From Candidatus Dormiibacterota bacterium (GTDB taxonomy: Bacteria > Acidobacteriota > Terriglobia > Terriglobales > Acidobacteriaceae): DNA of 64,000 bases. The position numbers and the translations under genes were made by a program. Shown piece by piece: positions 19,445 through 28,758 of this stretch (position 1 is the first letter of the stretch; each line of letters starts with the position of its first letter). The DNA lies in the NCBI GenBank assembly GCA_035632675.1, contig DASQGJ010000050.1, positions 69,619-133,618 of the forward strand, in the 5' to 3' direction. Below the pieces are notes generated by a model. That model was not told the origin of the DNA, ran no database searches, and saw nothing but the letters and a program-made list of their open reading frames with translations.

Positions 19445-19669
19445 TTATTTCGCCAATGCGCGCAGGACGTTGCGGCGCTTCTTCATGATGCGCTCAGCCA
19501 CCTTCATCTGCTTCTCAAAGGCAGGATCGTAAGGAGTGATGTGGTAGCCGTCGGGTGACTCGGTTAGAAATACAACATCGCCTTTTTCGACTTTGAGCCG
19601 GGACGCGGCTTCCTTGGGAAGGACAAACCCAACCGAGTTGCCGATCTGCATGAGCTTCAGAGAAATCAT
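19445..19669 (-). CDS. AbrB/MazE/SpoVT-family antitoxin
   Basis: MISLKLMQIGNSVGFVLPKEAASRLKVEKGDVVFL is a SpoVT-AbrB swapped-hairpin pattern. GGAG lies 5 nt before ATG 19669. Confidence 0.75.
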   Translation of the reverse strand: MISLKLMQIGNSVGFVLPKEAASRLKVEKGDVVFLTESPDGYHITPYDPAFEKQMKVAERIMKKRRNVLRALAK

Positions 19670-19786
19670 TCGATCTCCATGTAATAACATATGTTATTAC
19701 GCTGCAAACGGATAGTCAAGAATTCGGATTTGCGTGCACATCCGTGGTCATCCGTAGCGAGCTTCTGTGTAGTTTATAGTCACCAC

Positions 19787-20857
19787 ATGCGCGCAATCCT
19801 GGCGGGCGGAGGCACGGGCGGGCACGTGATCCCGGCACTGGCCATCGCCAACGAACTCAAGAAAAGTTACGCCGCCGAGGTGCTTTTCATCGGTACGGCG
19901 CGCGGCATCGAGAATCGGCTCGTGCCCGCCGCGGGATATCCGCTGAAACTGGTTCGTGTGGGCGCGCTGAAAAACGTCAGCCTCACCACGCGTCTGAAGA
20001 CGGCCTTCGATCTTCCTCGCGCGCTCTGGGACGCAGGCGGCATGCTCAGTGATTTCGCTCCCGACGTGGTGATCGGAGTCGGCGGATATGCGTCCGGCCC
20101 TGCGATGCTTTCGGCTGTGATCAAGCATATTCCGACGCTGGCCTTTGAGCCGAACGTCGTGCCGGGATTTGCAAATCGCATGGTGGCTCGCTTCGTCTCG
20201 GGCGCGGCCGTGCATTTCGAGGAGACCGCGAAATATTTCCGGCACGGCGAAGTCACGGGAGTTCCCGTGCGGCAGGCTTTTTTCGAGATCGCGCCCAAGC
20301 GCGGCGGGACGCCCACCGTCCTCGTATTCGGCGGAAGTCAGGGCGCACACGCCATCAACGAAGCGATGATTCGCTGCCTGCCGGTGTTGCAGCGGGAGGC
20401 GCCGGGGATTCGCATCATCCACCAGACGGGCGAGCGTGACTATAATGACGCGCTGGCGGCGTATCAGCCTTTGGGCGACGCCGCCGAGGTTTTCAAGTTC
20501 ATTGATGACATGCCGGCAGCGTTCGCGCGCGCCGATCTGGTCGTGTGCCGGTCGGGCGCGAGCACTGTCGCGGAAATTGCGGCGGCAGGGAAGCCGGCGG
20601 TCTTTGTCCCGTTTCCGCGCGCGGCCGACGATCACCAGCGGGTGAATGCGGAAGCGTTGGCCAAGCACGGCGCCGCCGTCGTAGTCGAAGAGTCGAAGCT
20701 GGAGGGAGTCTGGCTGGCGGAGACGATTGCGACGTTGTTGCAGGATTCCCGGCGGCTGCAGCAGATGAGCCAGGCCGCGCGGGAACTGGCGCATCCGAAC
20801 GCCGCGCGCGACATTGCGGCCATGGCGGCGCGGGTGGCTGGCGTGGAAGAAAATTAG
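19787..20857 (+). CDS. murG: undecaprenyldiphospho-muramoylpentapeptide beta-N-acetylglucosaminyltransferase
   Basis: [22 protein letters not shown]-terminus and the C-terminal GT28 pattern ([24 protein letters not shown]). The start at ATG 19787 is preferred to the track start at 19691. Confidence 0.9.
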   Translation: MRAILAGGGTGGHVIPALAIANELKKSYAAEVLFIGTARGIENRLVPAAGYPLKLVRVGALKNVSLTTRLKTAFDLPRALWDAGGMLSDFAPDVVIGVGGYASGPAMLSAVIKHIPTLAFEPNVVPGFANRMVARFVSGAAVHFEETAKYFRHGEVTGVPVRQAFFEIAPKRGGTPTVLVFGGSQGAHAINEAMIRCLPVLQREAPGIRIIHQTGERDYNDALAAYQPLGDAAEVFKFIDDMPAAFARADLVVCRSGASTVAEIAAAGKPAVFVPFPRAADDHQRVNAEALAKHGAAVVVEESKLEGVWLAETIATLLQDSRRLQQMSQAARELAHPNAARDIAAMAARVAGVEEN

Positions 20858-20939
20858 CCACGGATTTACACGGATCTTCGCGGATAATTCTTTTTCTTTC
20901 TTGTTGATCTATCCGCGTCGATTTGCGTAAATCCGCGGC
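20857..20939. repeat. CACGGAT/ATCCGCG-unit palindrome, copy 3
   Basis: gccacggatttacacggatcttcgcggata ... tatccgcgtcgatttgcgtaaatccgcggc. murG-murC spacer. A fourth degenerate copy lies at 19725-19754. Confidence 0.65.
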
Positions 20940-20952
20940 AAGAAATTGACTT

Positions 20953-22356
20953 ATGTTCGCAAAAATTCAACGCATTCATTTCGTGGGCATCGGCGGCATC
21001 GGCATGAGCGGGATTGCCGAGGTGCTGCTGAACCTCGGCTACAAAGTTTCCGGGTCTGATCTGAAGAGTTCCGCGGTCACGCAACGGCTGGCGAGCCTGG
21101 GCGCTGCCACGTTCGAGGGCCACCGCGCCGAGAACATCGCAGGCGCCGAAGTTGTGGTGACCAGCTCGGCGATCGCCGCCGAAAATCCTGAGGTCACCGA
21201 GGCGCACAAGTTGCACATCCCGGTGATTCAGCGCGCGGAGATGCTGGCGGAATTGATGCGGCTGAAATACGGCATCGCCATCGCGGGTATGCACGGCAAG
21301 ACGACTACGACTTCCATGGTCGCGGCCGTCCTGGCGGCGGGAGGCCTCGATCCTACGGTCGTTGTCGGCGGACGCGTTGACGCCATGGGATCGAACGCGC
21401 GCCTCGGCAAGTCGCAGTATCTTGTGGCCGAGGCCGATGAAAGCGACCGGTCGTTTCTCAAGCTGTCCCCGATTCTCTCGGTCGTCACCAACATCGACCG
21501 CGAGCACATGGATACTTACCGCAACATGCGCGACGTGAAGAAAACGTTTCTCGAGTTCATGGATCGCGTGCCGTTCTACGGGATGATCGTGGCCTGCAAT
21601 GACGATCCGATGCTGCGGCGGTTGTTGACGGATGTGCAGCGGCGCACGGTGACTTACGGGACTAAGCGCGGGTCGGATTTCTGGATCAAAATTCCCACTT
21701 CTCGTGCCAACGACGCGCGAGAAATGGGGCACCCGCCCCTGAACAGATTCCATGTGAACTATCGCAAGCAGGGTCTCGGCGAATTCACGTTGCACGTGCC
21801 TGGCGTCCACAATGTGCTGAACGCGACCGCGGCGATTGCTGTCGGCATCGGCCTTGACGTCAGTGTCGATGCGATCCGCACCGCGCTCGACCAGTTCCGC
21901 GGCGTTGACCGCCGCTTCCAGTTGCGTGGGCGCGCCGCCGGCGTCAGCGTGATCGACGATTACGGGCACCATCCCACCGAAATCAAAGCGACGCTGTCGG
22001 CGGCGAGGCAGTGCGGCTTCGGAAAGATTCATGTCATCTTCCAGCCGCACCGCTATACCCGCACGCGCGATCTGCTGGAAGAGTTCACCACCGCGTTCGG
22101 CGATGCGGATTCGCTGGTCGTGCTCGACATCTATGCGGCGAGTGAGAGGCCAATCGAGGGGATCACAGGAGAAGCGCTCGCGCGACGGATTCGCGAGAGC
22201 GGGAAGAAGGTCGAGCATGCGCCGTCGTTTGCCGATGCCGTCAACGCGGCCGTCGGTGCGGCGCAGGAAGGCGACATGATCCTGACACTCGGCGCGGGTA
22301 GCGTCTCGCAGCTGGGGCCCATGATTCTGGAAAAGTTGAGGAGCAAGAGTCAGTGA
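20953..22356 (+). CDS. murC: UDP-N-acetylmuramate--L-alanine ligase
   Basis: IHFVGIGGIGMSGIAEVL Rossmann N-terminus, GMHGKTTTTSM P-loop, DDYGHHPTEI motif. Confidence 0.92.
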   Translation: MFAKIQRIHFVGIGGIGMSGIAEVLLNLGYKVSGSDLKSSAVTQRLASLGAATFEGHRAENIAGAEVVVTSSAIAAENPEVTEAHKLHIPVIQRAEMLAELMRLKYGIAIAGMHGKTTTTSMVAAVLAAGGLDPTVVVGGRVDAMGSNARLGKSQYLVAEADESDRSFLKLSPILSVVTNIDREHMDTYRNMRDVKKTFLEFMDRVPFYGMIVACNDDPMLRRLLTDVQRRTVTYGTKRGSDFWIKIPTSRANDAREMGHPPLNRFHVNYRKQGLGEFTLHVPGVHNVLNATAAIAVGIGLDVSVDAIRTALDQFRGVDRRFQLRGRAAGVSVIDDYGHHPTEIKATLSAARQCGFGKIHVIFQPHRYTRTRDLLEEFTTAFGDADSLVVLDIYAASERPIEGITGEALARRIRESGKKVEHAPSFADAVNAAVGAAQEGDMILTLGAGSVSQLGPMILEKLRSKSQ

Positions 22357-22493
22357 CTGTGTAGCGACGGACGCCTTGTCGCCCACCGCGGACGATCCTG
22401 ACTCTCACATTTACGGGCAATCGCGGCCTTCCCGTGATATCGTCTCCCAACTGTTCCGGCTCCGGCCCTCTATCGTGAACAGGAGGCTAGTCC

Positions 22494-24965
22494 ATGGGCC
22501 CCTTCATCGCTCAGCTTCGACAAGTAATCCGGCGGCTCATTCATACACCTCTGTTCACAGCGGTTACCCTCATAACGCTCGCAATTGGGGTGGGTGCAAA
22601 TACCGCAATTTTCAGCGTAATCGAAGGCATCCTGCTCAAGCCCTTGCCGTTTCGGCACTCGGAAAGCTTGGTGGCCATGCGCCTCACTGCGTCCGGTATG
22701 AACCTGTACGAGGTGCCACTATCGCCCTCGACCTACTTCATATTGCGCGAACAGTGCCGAGTTCTCGAGGATGTCGGTCTTTATGACTCGTATTCCGCAA
22801 ACGTCACCGGTGTGGCCGAACCGGAACGGGTGCAAGCGCTGAACATGACCGATGGCCTTCTCCCGATTCTTCGCGTTCGGCCGGTGCTTGGCCGCGGGTT
22901 CACCCGCGAGGACGACTCTGCGGGCGGCCAGGACGTCGTGATTCTCGGCTATGGATATTGGCAGCGAAAATTCGGTGGGGATCGATCCGCCATCGGAAGA
23001 AGCATCAAGGTGGATGGCAAGCCAGAGGAAATCATTGGTGTACTACCCCATGATTTTCGCTTCCTCGACGAGCCGGACCCGGCTGTGATCCTCCCCTTCA
23101 AGTTCGATCGGGCGAAGACGTTCTTAGGGAACTACAGCTACCATGCAGTAGCCAGGCTTAAACCCGGCGTAACACTGCCTGAGAGTGCTGCCGATGTCGC
23201 GCGCGTGCTTCCCCTCGTCCTGGAGAACTTTGGCCCTCCTCCAGGTTTCAGCCTCGCTTTGTTTGAGCAGGCGCATTTCGGCCCCAACCTGCGTTTCCTG
23301 AAACAGGATGTCGTGGGAGATATCTCCAGCACTTTGTGGGTGCTGATGGGCGGTCTCGGGATGGTGCTGCTGATCGCCTGTGCCAATGTTGCCAACCTGC
23401 TGCTCGTCAGGACCGAGTGCCGTCAGCAGGAGTTGGCAGTTCGTGCTGCGCTGGGTGCCAGCCCGCGTCGCCTCGCGGGCGAGATGCTGTTCGAAAGCCT
23501 GATCCTTGGATTGCTCGGAGGTGGGCTCGGGGTAGCGTTCGCAGGACTGGCGCTGCGCGTCCTCCTCGCGATAGCGCCCGCTAGTCTTCCTCGCCTGAAC
23601 GAGATTGGCCTGGACGGTCCAGTGTTGCTCTTCACATTCATCGTCTCTGCGGCCGCGGGCCTGCTGTTCGGTTGCATTCCGGTTCTGAAGTTCCCGGGCA
23701 CACGTCTTGGAACGGGGCTGCGCGAGGGCGGACGATCTCTCAGCGCAAGCCGCGAACGGCACCGGGCTCGCAACAGTCTGGTCGTTGTCCAGGTGTCGCT
23801 GGCCCTCGTTCTGATGATCGCCTCCGGACTCATGATCCGCAGCTTCCGCGCCATGACCCACGTTGAGCCTGGTTTCTCTGATCCGGCTGAAGTTCAGACG
23901 TTCCGCGTGATGATCCCCGACGCCCAAATTCCTGATCCCGAGCGGGTCATCCATACTGAGGAAGCTGTGCTGCGGAATTTGGCGGCCGTTCCCGGAGTGA
24001 CCGTGGCGGGGATCTCCACCAGCATCCCCATGGATGATAGTGGTTATATCGATCCGATTTATGCCAAGGATCGCTCCGATTCCGAAGGCGGTGTCCCGCC
24101 ACTCCGTCAGTTCAAATTCGTTTCACCCGGATACTTCAAAACCGTCGGCACGCCCCTGATTGTCGGCCGTGATCTGACGTGGCCTGATGCCTATGACAAG
24201 CGGTCAGTCGCAATCGTTTCCGAGAACTTGGCTCGCGAGTACTGGCACGATCCTTCCAATGCACTCGGCAAACAGATTCGTAACGGAACTACAGATGATT
24301 GGCGAGAAATCGTCGGCGTCGTCGGCGATGTTCGCCATAACGGTGTAGACCAGAAAGCTCCCTCCATTGTCTATTGGCCGCTGTTGCTCGTCCATTTCGA
24401 TGGAAACCCGGTCGAGGTGAGGCGTGAGATAGCCTTTGCTCTGCGTTCAAAACGGGCAGGTTCGCAAAGCCTGATGAGCGACGTCCGCCGCGCCGTGTGG
24501 TCGGTCGATGCCAATCTCCCCTTGGCGGAAATTCACACACTCGATTACTACTACCGTAAATCGATGGCGCGCACTTCGTTCACGCTAGTAATGCTCGCCC
24601 TGGCAGGGAGCATGGCCCTGCTACTCGGAATTGTTGGCTTGTACGGAGTCGTCGCTTACTCGGTCTCACAGCGCAGGCGTGAAGTCGGGGTGCGTATGGC
24701 ACTCGGCGCTCGCCGGGGAGAACTTGTCGGAATGTTCGTGCGCCATGCCTTGGGACTCACCGTGGTTGGAGTTACGTTGGGCCTTGGTGCGGCATTGGCG
24801 GTGATGCGCCTGATGTCGTCATTGCTGTTTGGAGTCAAGCCTGTTGATCTAGTCACTTACGGCGTGGTCACGGTCGTCCTCATCGCAACTGCGGCGCTCT
24901 CCAGCTATCTTCCGGCCCGCCGCGCCGCTACCGTGAATCCGGTCGAAACTCTGCGCGCGGAGTAG
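22494..24965 (+). CDS. ADOP-family duplicated ABC-type permease (two MacB_PCD/FtsX modules)
   Basis: 823 aa, with AGGAGG before the ATG. The N-terminus (LRRLIHTPLFTAVTLITLAIGVGANTAIFSVIEGILLKPLPF) and the two FtsX-type 4-TM halves fit the acidobacterial duplicated orphan permease family. No ATPase gene is adjacent. Confidence 0.8.
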   Translation: MGPFIAQLRQVIRRLIHTPLFTAVTLITLAIGVGANTAIFSVIEGILLKPLPFRHSESLVAMRLTASGMNLYEVPLSPSTYFILREQCRVLEDVGLYDSYSANVTGVAEPERVQALNMTDGLLPILRVRPVLGRGFTREDDSAGGQDVVILGYGYWQRKFGGDRSAIGRSIKVDGKPEEIIGVLPHDFRFLDEPDPAVILPFKFDRAKTFLGNYSYHAVARLKPGVTLPESAADVARVLPLVLENFGPPPGFSLALFEQAHFGPNLRFLKQDVVGDISSTLWVLMGGLGMVLLIACANVANLLLVRTECRQQELAVRAALGASPRRLAGEMLFESLILGLLGGGLGVAFAGLALRVLLAIAPASLPRLNEIGLDGPVLLFTFIVSAAAGLLFGCIPVLKFPGTRLGTGLREGGRSLSASRERHRARNSLVVVQVSLALVLMIASGLMIRSFRAMTHVEPGFSDPAEVQTFRVMIPDAQIPDPERVIHTEEAVLRNLAAVPGVTVAGISTSIPMDDSGYIDPIYAKDRSDSEGGVPPLRQFKFVSPGYFKTVGTPLIVGRDLTWPDAYDKRSVAIVSENLAREYWHDPSNALGKQIRNGTTDDWREIVGVVGDVRHNGVDQKAPSIVYWPLLLVHFDGNPVEVRREIAFALRSKRAGSQSLMSDVRRAVWSVDANLPLAEIHTLDYYYRKSMARTSFTLVMLALAGSMALLLGIVGLYGVVAYSVSQRRREVGVRMALGARRGELVGMFVRHALGLTVVGVTLGLGAALAVMRLMSSLLFGVKPVDLVTYGVVTVVLIATAALSSYLPARRAATVNPVETLRAE

Positions 24966-25022
24966 ACAGTCGCCGAAGCATTGCTGCGGTCGAGAATGAT
25001 GCCCGATTTCTGAACTAGACTG

Positions 25023-26123
25023 TTGTTCATGAAATTACCACGTCTCTTCCGCTCCCTCACTCTCGTATTGATGCTGGCCGGGATGTGCTTCGGCCAGGCG
25101 TCACCGTCTCTCGCAAAGCCCACTGCCACCGAAGGCGACTACGTCAGCCCGGGCTTCCACTTCAAGTCGGGCGAGACACTCCCCGAACTCCGCCTGCACT
25201 ACACCACCCTCGGCAAACCCGAGCATGACGTGAGCGGCAAAGTGACGAATGCTGTCCTGATCCTGCACGGCACGGGCGGCTCCGGACGCCAATTCCTCGC
25301 GCCGCAATTTGCCGACGTGCTCTTCGGCCCCGGCCAACTGCTCGACGTGACGCGCCACTTCATCATTCTTCCCGACAACATCGGTCACGGAAAATCCAGC
25401 AAGCCGAGCGACGGGATGCACGCGCACTTTCCTCAATACGACTACGACGACATGGTGGCGGCGCAGCACGAGCTGATCGAGAAGGGGCTCGGCGTCAACC
25501 ATCTGCGCCTGATTCTGGGCACTTCGATGGGGTGCATGCACTCCTGGGTCTGGGGCGAAACCTATCCCGACTTCATGGACGCGCTGATGCCGCTGGCCTG
25601 CCTGCCCGTGCAGATCGCCGGACGCAACCGCCTGTGGCGCGAGATGGTGATCGAGGGCATCCGCCAGGATCCGGACTGGAAAAATGGCGACTACACGACG
25701 GAGCCGCGCGCGGCGCTCCAGATCGGCGCGGATTTTCTGCTGATCGCTGGCAGCGTGCCGCTGCTGATGCAGAAGAATTTTGCCACGCGCGATGCCGCCG
25801 ACAAGTATCTCGACGATTCCATGAAGCGCATCACTGCGACGCTCGACGCCAATGATTTCCTCTACGCGGTGAATGCCTCGCGCAACTACGATCCGTCGGT
25901 GAAGCTGGAGACGATCAAAGCGCCCGTGATGTTCGTGAACTCCGCGGATGATTTCATCAACCCGCCGGAGTTAGGTATTGCCGAGCGTGAAATCAAGCGT
26001 CTCAAGAATGGGAAGTTTGTGCTGATTCCAGTGTCAGAGCAGACGCATGGTCACGGGACGCATACCTGGGCCGCGATTTGGCAGCAGTATTTGCAGGAAC
26101 TGCTGGCGAAGAAGCACGAATAA
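25023..26123 (+). CDS. secreted alpha/beta-fold hydrolase (MetX / homoserine acetyltransferase-like)
   Basis: Signal peptide, HG oxyanion region LILHGTGGSG, nucleophile elbow GTSMGC, C-terminal HGHGTH. Confidence 0.75.
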   Translation: MFMKLPRLFRSLTLVLMLAGMCFGQASPSLAKPTATEGDYVSPGFHFKSGETLPELRLHYTTLGKPEHDVSGKVTNAVLILHGTGGSGRQFLAPQFADVLFGPGQLLDVTRHFIILPDNIGHGKSSKPSDGMHAHFPQYDYDDMVAAQHELIEKGLGVNHLRLILGTSMGCMHSWVWGETYPDFMDALMPLACLPVQIAGRNRLWREMVIEGIRQDPDWKNGDYTTEPRAALQIGADFLLIAGSVPLLMQKNFATRDAADKYLDDSMKRITATLDANDFLYAVNASRNYDPSVKLETIKAPVMFVNSADDFINPPELGIAEREIKRLKNGKFVLIPVSEQTHGHGTHTWAAIWQQYLQELLAKKHE

Positions 26124-26228
26124 AATATCGGAAGCCGTGCTAGTTTTTTTCTGCCCGTCCCGTGTCTCCACTCCTATCAAGGGTCTAACCCGACCAACTG
26201 CGTGCTATGATTCGGGGCAAATTCAGTC

Positions 26229-27764
26229 GTGGCAATTTCATCCCCAAGCGGGGTGCCGCCGCCGCATCGGAGGGTCGCTGAATCCGTGGAAGTGTGTGCC
26301 ATAGGCGACCAGATTGACCGAATCCTCCGCAGCCAGACATTCGCCGGAAAGGCGCAACTTCGGAAGCTGCTGGGAATCCTGTCGAAAAACATAGATTCGC
26401 AGGGCGCGTTGAGCCCTGAGCTCGTGATCAGGGAACTATGGCCGGACGAGATCAAGACGAAGCGTTCGGCAGATGTGGCGACCGAGATGAACCGGCTGCG
26501 TCATGCGCTGAAGACTTATTACGACAGTGAAGGCTCGAACGACCCCATTACGATTAGCCTTCCCAATCGCGCGGCGGGCGTGAGTGGGACGCACGATCGG
26601 CCATGGATTGTCGCGCAACCTCGCACAGCTGCCGAGGATGGCGCGGCCAGAGACCATCCGTCCGGCTCGCAAGTGGATCGTCCGCCAGCAGATCGCGGCG
26701 GGCGAAAGAAGGCCACCGCATTCGCTGCGCTGTGCGCCGCCGTCGCCGTCGCTATTGCCGCCTACATTTCCATCCGAGTGCTGGCGGTTCACAATCCGCC
26801 GAAGTTCGGGCGGCTGGACGGTTCGACGCTTCGGATCATGGATGCAGACGGAAAGGAATTGTGGAGCAAGAGTTTCCCCTACGCATTCTCGACCGACTGG
26901 TATTACCCGCAAGGCCTGATCTGGATCGGGGACCTGGAAGGAAAAGGCCATACCAGCGTTCTCTTCGTTTATTCTCCCGCGCTCTCGCAGCCGCACTCGA
27001 CGACTCTGATCTGCTACTCCGATAGAGGCCAAGAAAAATGGCGTTGGACTCCCGGGAGAGAGCTGCCGGAGCTCGCAGGCAGCCCCGCAACATACAGGAC
27101 GCATGCCCTTGGTGTGCTCAGAGCCACGGCAAAGACGCCGCCACGAATCGTCGCCTTGAGTCAGCATGATCCCTGGTGGCCCAGCCAGATCGCGCTGCTC
27201 GATGCCAATGGGAAGTTAATCTCCGAGTACTGGCATTCGGGAGGCATAAATTCCATGGTATTGGCCGACCTGGATGGCGATGGTAGGGAGGAGATCATCG
27301 CCGCAGGCGTGAGCGAGTACGATCATCAGGCGACATTGGTGGTGCTCGATTCGGACCGGGTGTTTGGTGCTTCCACTGAAACGCGGCCGGAGTTTCAAAT
27401 CCACGGCTTCGGGGTTGCTCAGGAGCGGTTGCGCTTGCTGTTTGTGCGGAGCGACTTGAACCGGGCGCTGTTCCAGTTCAATATCGCCATCGAACTGACC
27501 GTCGAGCAGAGCATCGTTCGATTCACGGTGCTGGAATGCATTACCCCGCCAGGCTGTCGCGTCTGGTACGAATTCGACAAGAACTTTCGTCTGATTGCGG
27601 CCTTTGCGGGGGGCGACGAATTTCGCAGCGCCCACGAGAAGTTCTATCAAACCGGCAAAGATGCGCATACCCTCAGTGCGGAGGAGCAGGCGGCATTCCA
27701 AAAAGTCCGCTGCCTGGTGGGATGTAAATCCGAGTTCGTCCCGGTCGGAAAGCTGGTTCCGTAA
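26229..27764 (+). CDS. membrane protein with N-terminal regulator-like module and periplasmic FG-GAP/VCBS-like domain
   Basis: The N-terminus ILRSQTFAGKAQLRKLLGILSKN...VATEMNRLRHALKTYYDSEGSNDPITISLP resembles the module found N-terminal in many acidobacterial/proteobacterial TPR or TolB-like regulators. One TM follows (ATAFAALCAAVAVAIAAYISIRVL), then LADLDGDGREEIIAAGV. Confidence 0.5.
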   Translation: MAISSPSGVPPPHRRVAESVEVCAIGDQIDRILRSQTFAGKAQLRKLLGILSKNIDSQGALSPELVIRELWPDEIKTKRSADVATEMNRLRHALKTYYDSEGSNDPITISLPNRAAGVSGTHDRPWIVAQPRTAAEDGAARDHPSGSQVDRPPADRGGRKKATAFAALCAAVAVAIAAYISIRVLAVHNPPKFGRLDGSTLRIMDADGKELWSKSFPYAFSTDWYYPQGLIWIGDLEGKGHTSVLFVYSPALSQPHSTTLICYSDRGQEKWRWTPGRELPELAGSPATYRTHALGVLRATAKTPPRIVALSQHDPWWPSQIALLDANGKLISEYWHSGGINSMVLADLDGDGREEIIAAGVSEYDHQATLVVLDSDRVFGASTETRPEFQIHGFGVAQERLRLLFVRSDLNRALFQFNIAIELTVEQSIVRFTVLECITPPGCRVWYEFDKNFRLIAAFAGGDEFRSAHEKFYQTGKDAHTLSAEEQAAFQKVRCLVGCKSEFVPVGKLVP

Positions 27765-27820
27765 GTTCGAGCGGAACGGAGCATCCCTGCCCAGCGAGAT
27801 CAGCCGATTTCATACGAAAT

Positions 27821-27880
27821 TCATATCATCTCTGCGCCGCACCCATTGACGTGACTTCAATCTCTTGCCAGCATCGACCG
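27821..27880 (+). promoter_or_regulatory. conserved 60-nt upstream element, copy A (possible promoter TTGACG-17-CAGCAT)
   Basis: 48 of 60 positions are identical, without gaps, to 28651-28710. It ends 46 nt before the ATG at 27927. Confidence 0.4.
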
Positions 27881-27926
27881 AATCACAGCTAGCCCATCCT
27901 GGAGACTTCCGACAAGGGGCATTGCG

Positions 27927-28583
27927 ATGAAAAAGTGGACCCTGTTGCCCGCATGCTTGTTGATCGTTTCAGCCACCTTCTGCCAAGCCCGATCTCGCGA
28001 GCCACTGTTTGCCTCTCCGGACTTCAATCCGGCGCTCGTTGACTGGGTCAGTCTATTCGTCGTCGACCTGAATAAAGACGAAGCAAACAACAAGGAATGT
28101 ATAGGAGCCGCGGCGAGCGGCCAGGGAAACGGCGCTCTCGGTGCCTTAGGATCGCTGAACAAAAGAGGCTACAGCAGGAAGGGAAAAGTCAGGGAGAACA
28201 CCCGGCTTTATGTAACGCAGCCCAATCCATCCGCAGAGATGCTGGCCAACCCCACCAAAGAATGGCTGCAAGACATTGCCAACCGGAAGTATCTCGATCA
28301 TAAGGGAAAGGAAGTGCCATCACCGGAGCGCTGGATGATGTTCATCACCATCGATGAGCTTGGATCCAGGCAAGATGCCATCAAGGGTTTGGGCCGCGCC
28401 ACCCTATCGATGTATTTGTATGACCGTGACCAAGGCACCCTCTTGTGGCATGATCAGGCCACGGATGAACACATGTGGGGAGGCCTGATGGGCAACGTCA
28501 TGCAAAAGGGAATGATAAAGGCGGACGCATGCGCGACGCTGGCTGAAATCATGATCCTGAAACTGCCGAAGCGTAAGAGGTGA
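27927..28583 (+). CDS. hypothetical secreted protein/lipoprotein
   Basis: Signal peptide MKKWTLLPACLLIVSATFCQA. No family was recognised. Confidence 0.5.
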   Translation: MKKWTLLPACLLIVSATFCQARSREPLFASPDFNPALVDWVSLFVVDLNKDEANNKECIGAAASGQGNGALGALGSLNKRGYSRKGKVRENTRLYVTQPNPSAEMLANPTKEWLQDIANRKYLDHKGKEVPSPERWMMFITIDELGSRQDAIKGLGRATLSMYLYDRDQGTLLWHDQATDEHMWGGLMGNVMQKGMIKADACATLAEIMILKLPKRKR

Positions 28584-28650
28584 CGGTCGGAGCCAATCAC
28601 TTGTGTGCTGTTGCCTTCAACGGGTGAGCGGTTCTTTTTTCATGCCCAAC

Positions 28651-28710
28651 TCATATCATCTCAGCCACGAGCCCCCTGACGTGGCTTCGATATCTTGCCA
28701 GCATCGGCCA
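28651..28710 (+). promoter_or_regulatory. conserved 60-nt upstream element, copy B
   Basis: See copy A. It ends 48 nt before the ATG at 28759. Confidence 0.4.
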
Positions 28711-28758
28711 ACCGCGAAGTTGAGCTTGCGTTTTGGGCCACCGCAAAGAAGTGCGCGT

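Noticed and set aside
28681-28700. Possible sigma-54 promoter (TGGC...TTGC) inside the conserved upstream element, copy B.
   Set aside because: The spacing between TGGC and TTGC is 9 nt instead of the canonical 7. Copy A has TGAC instead of TGGC.
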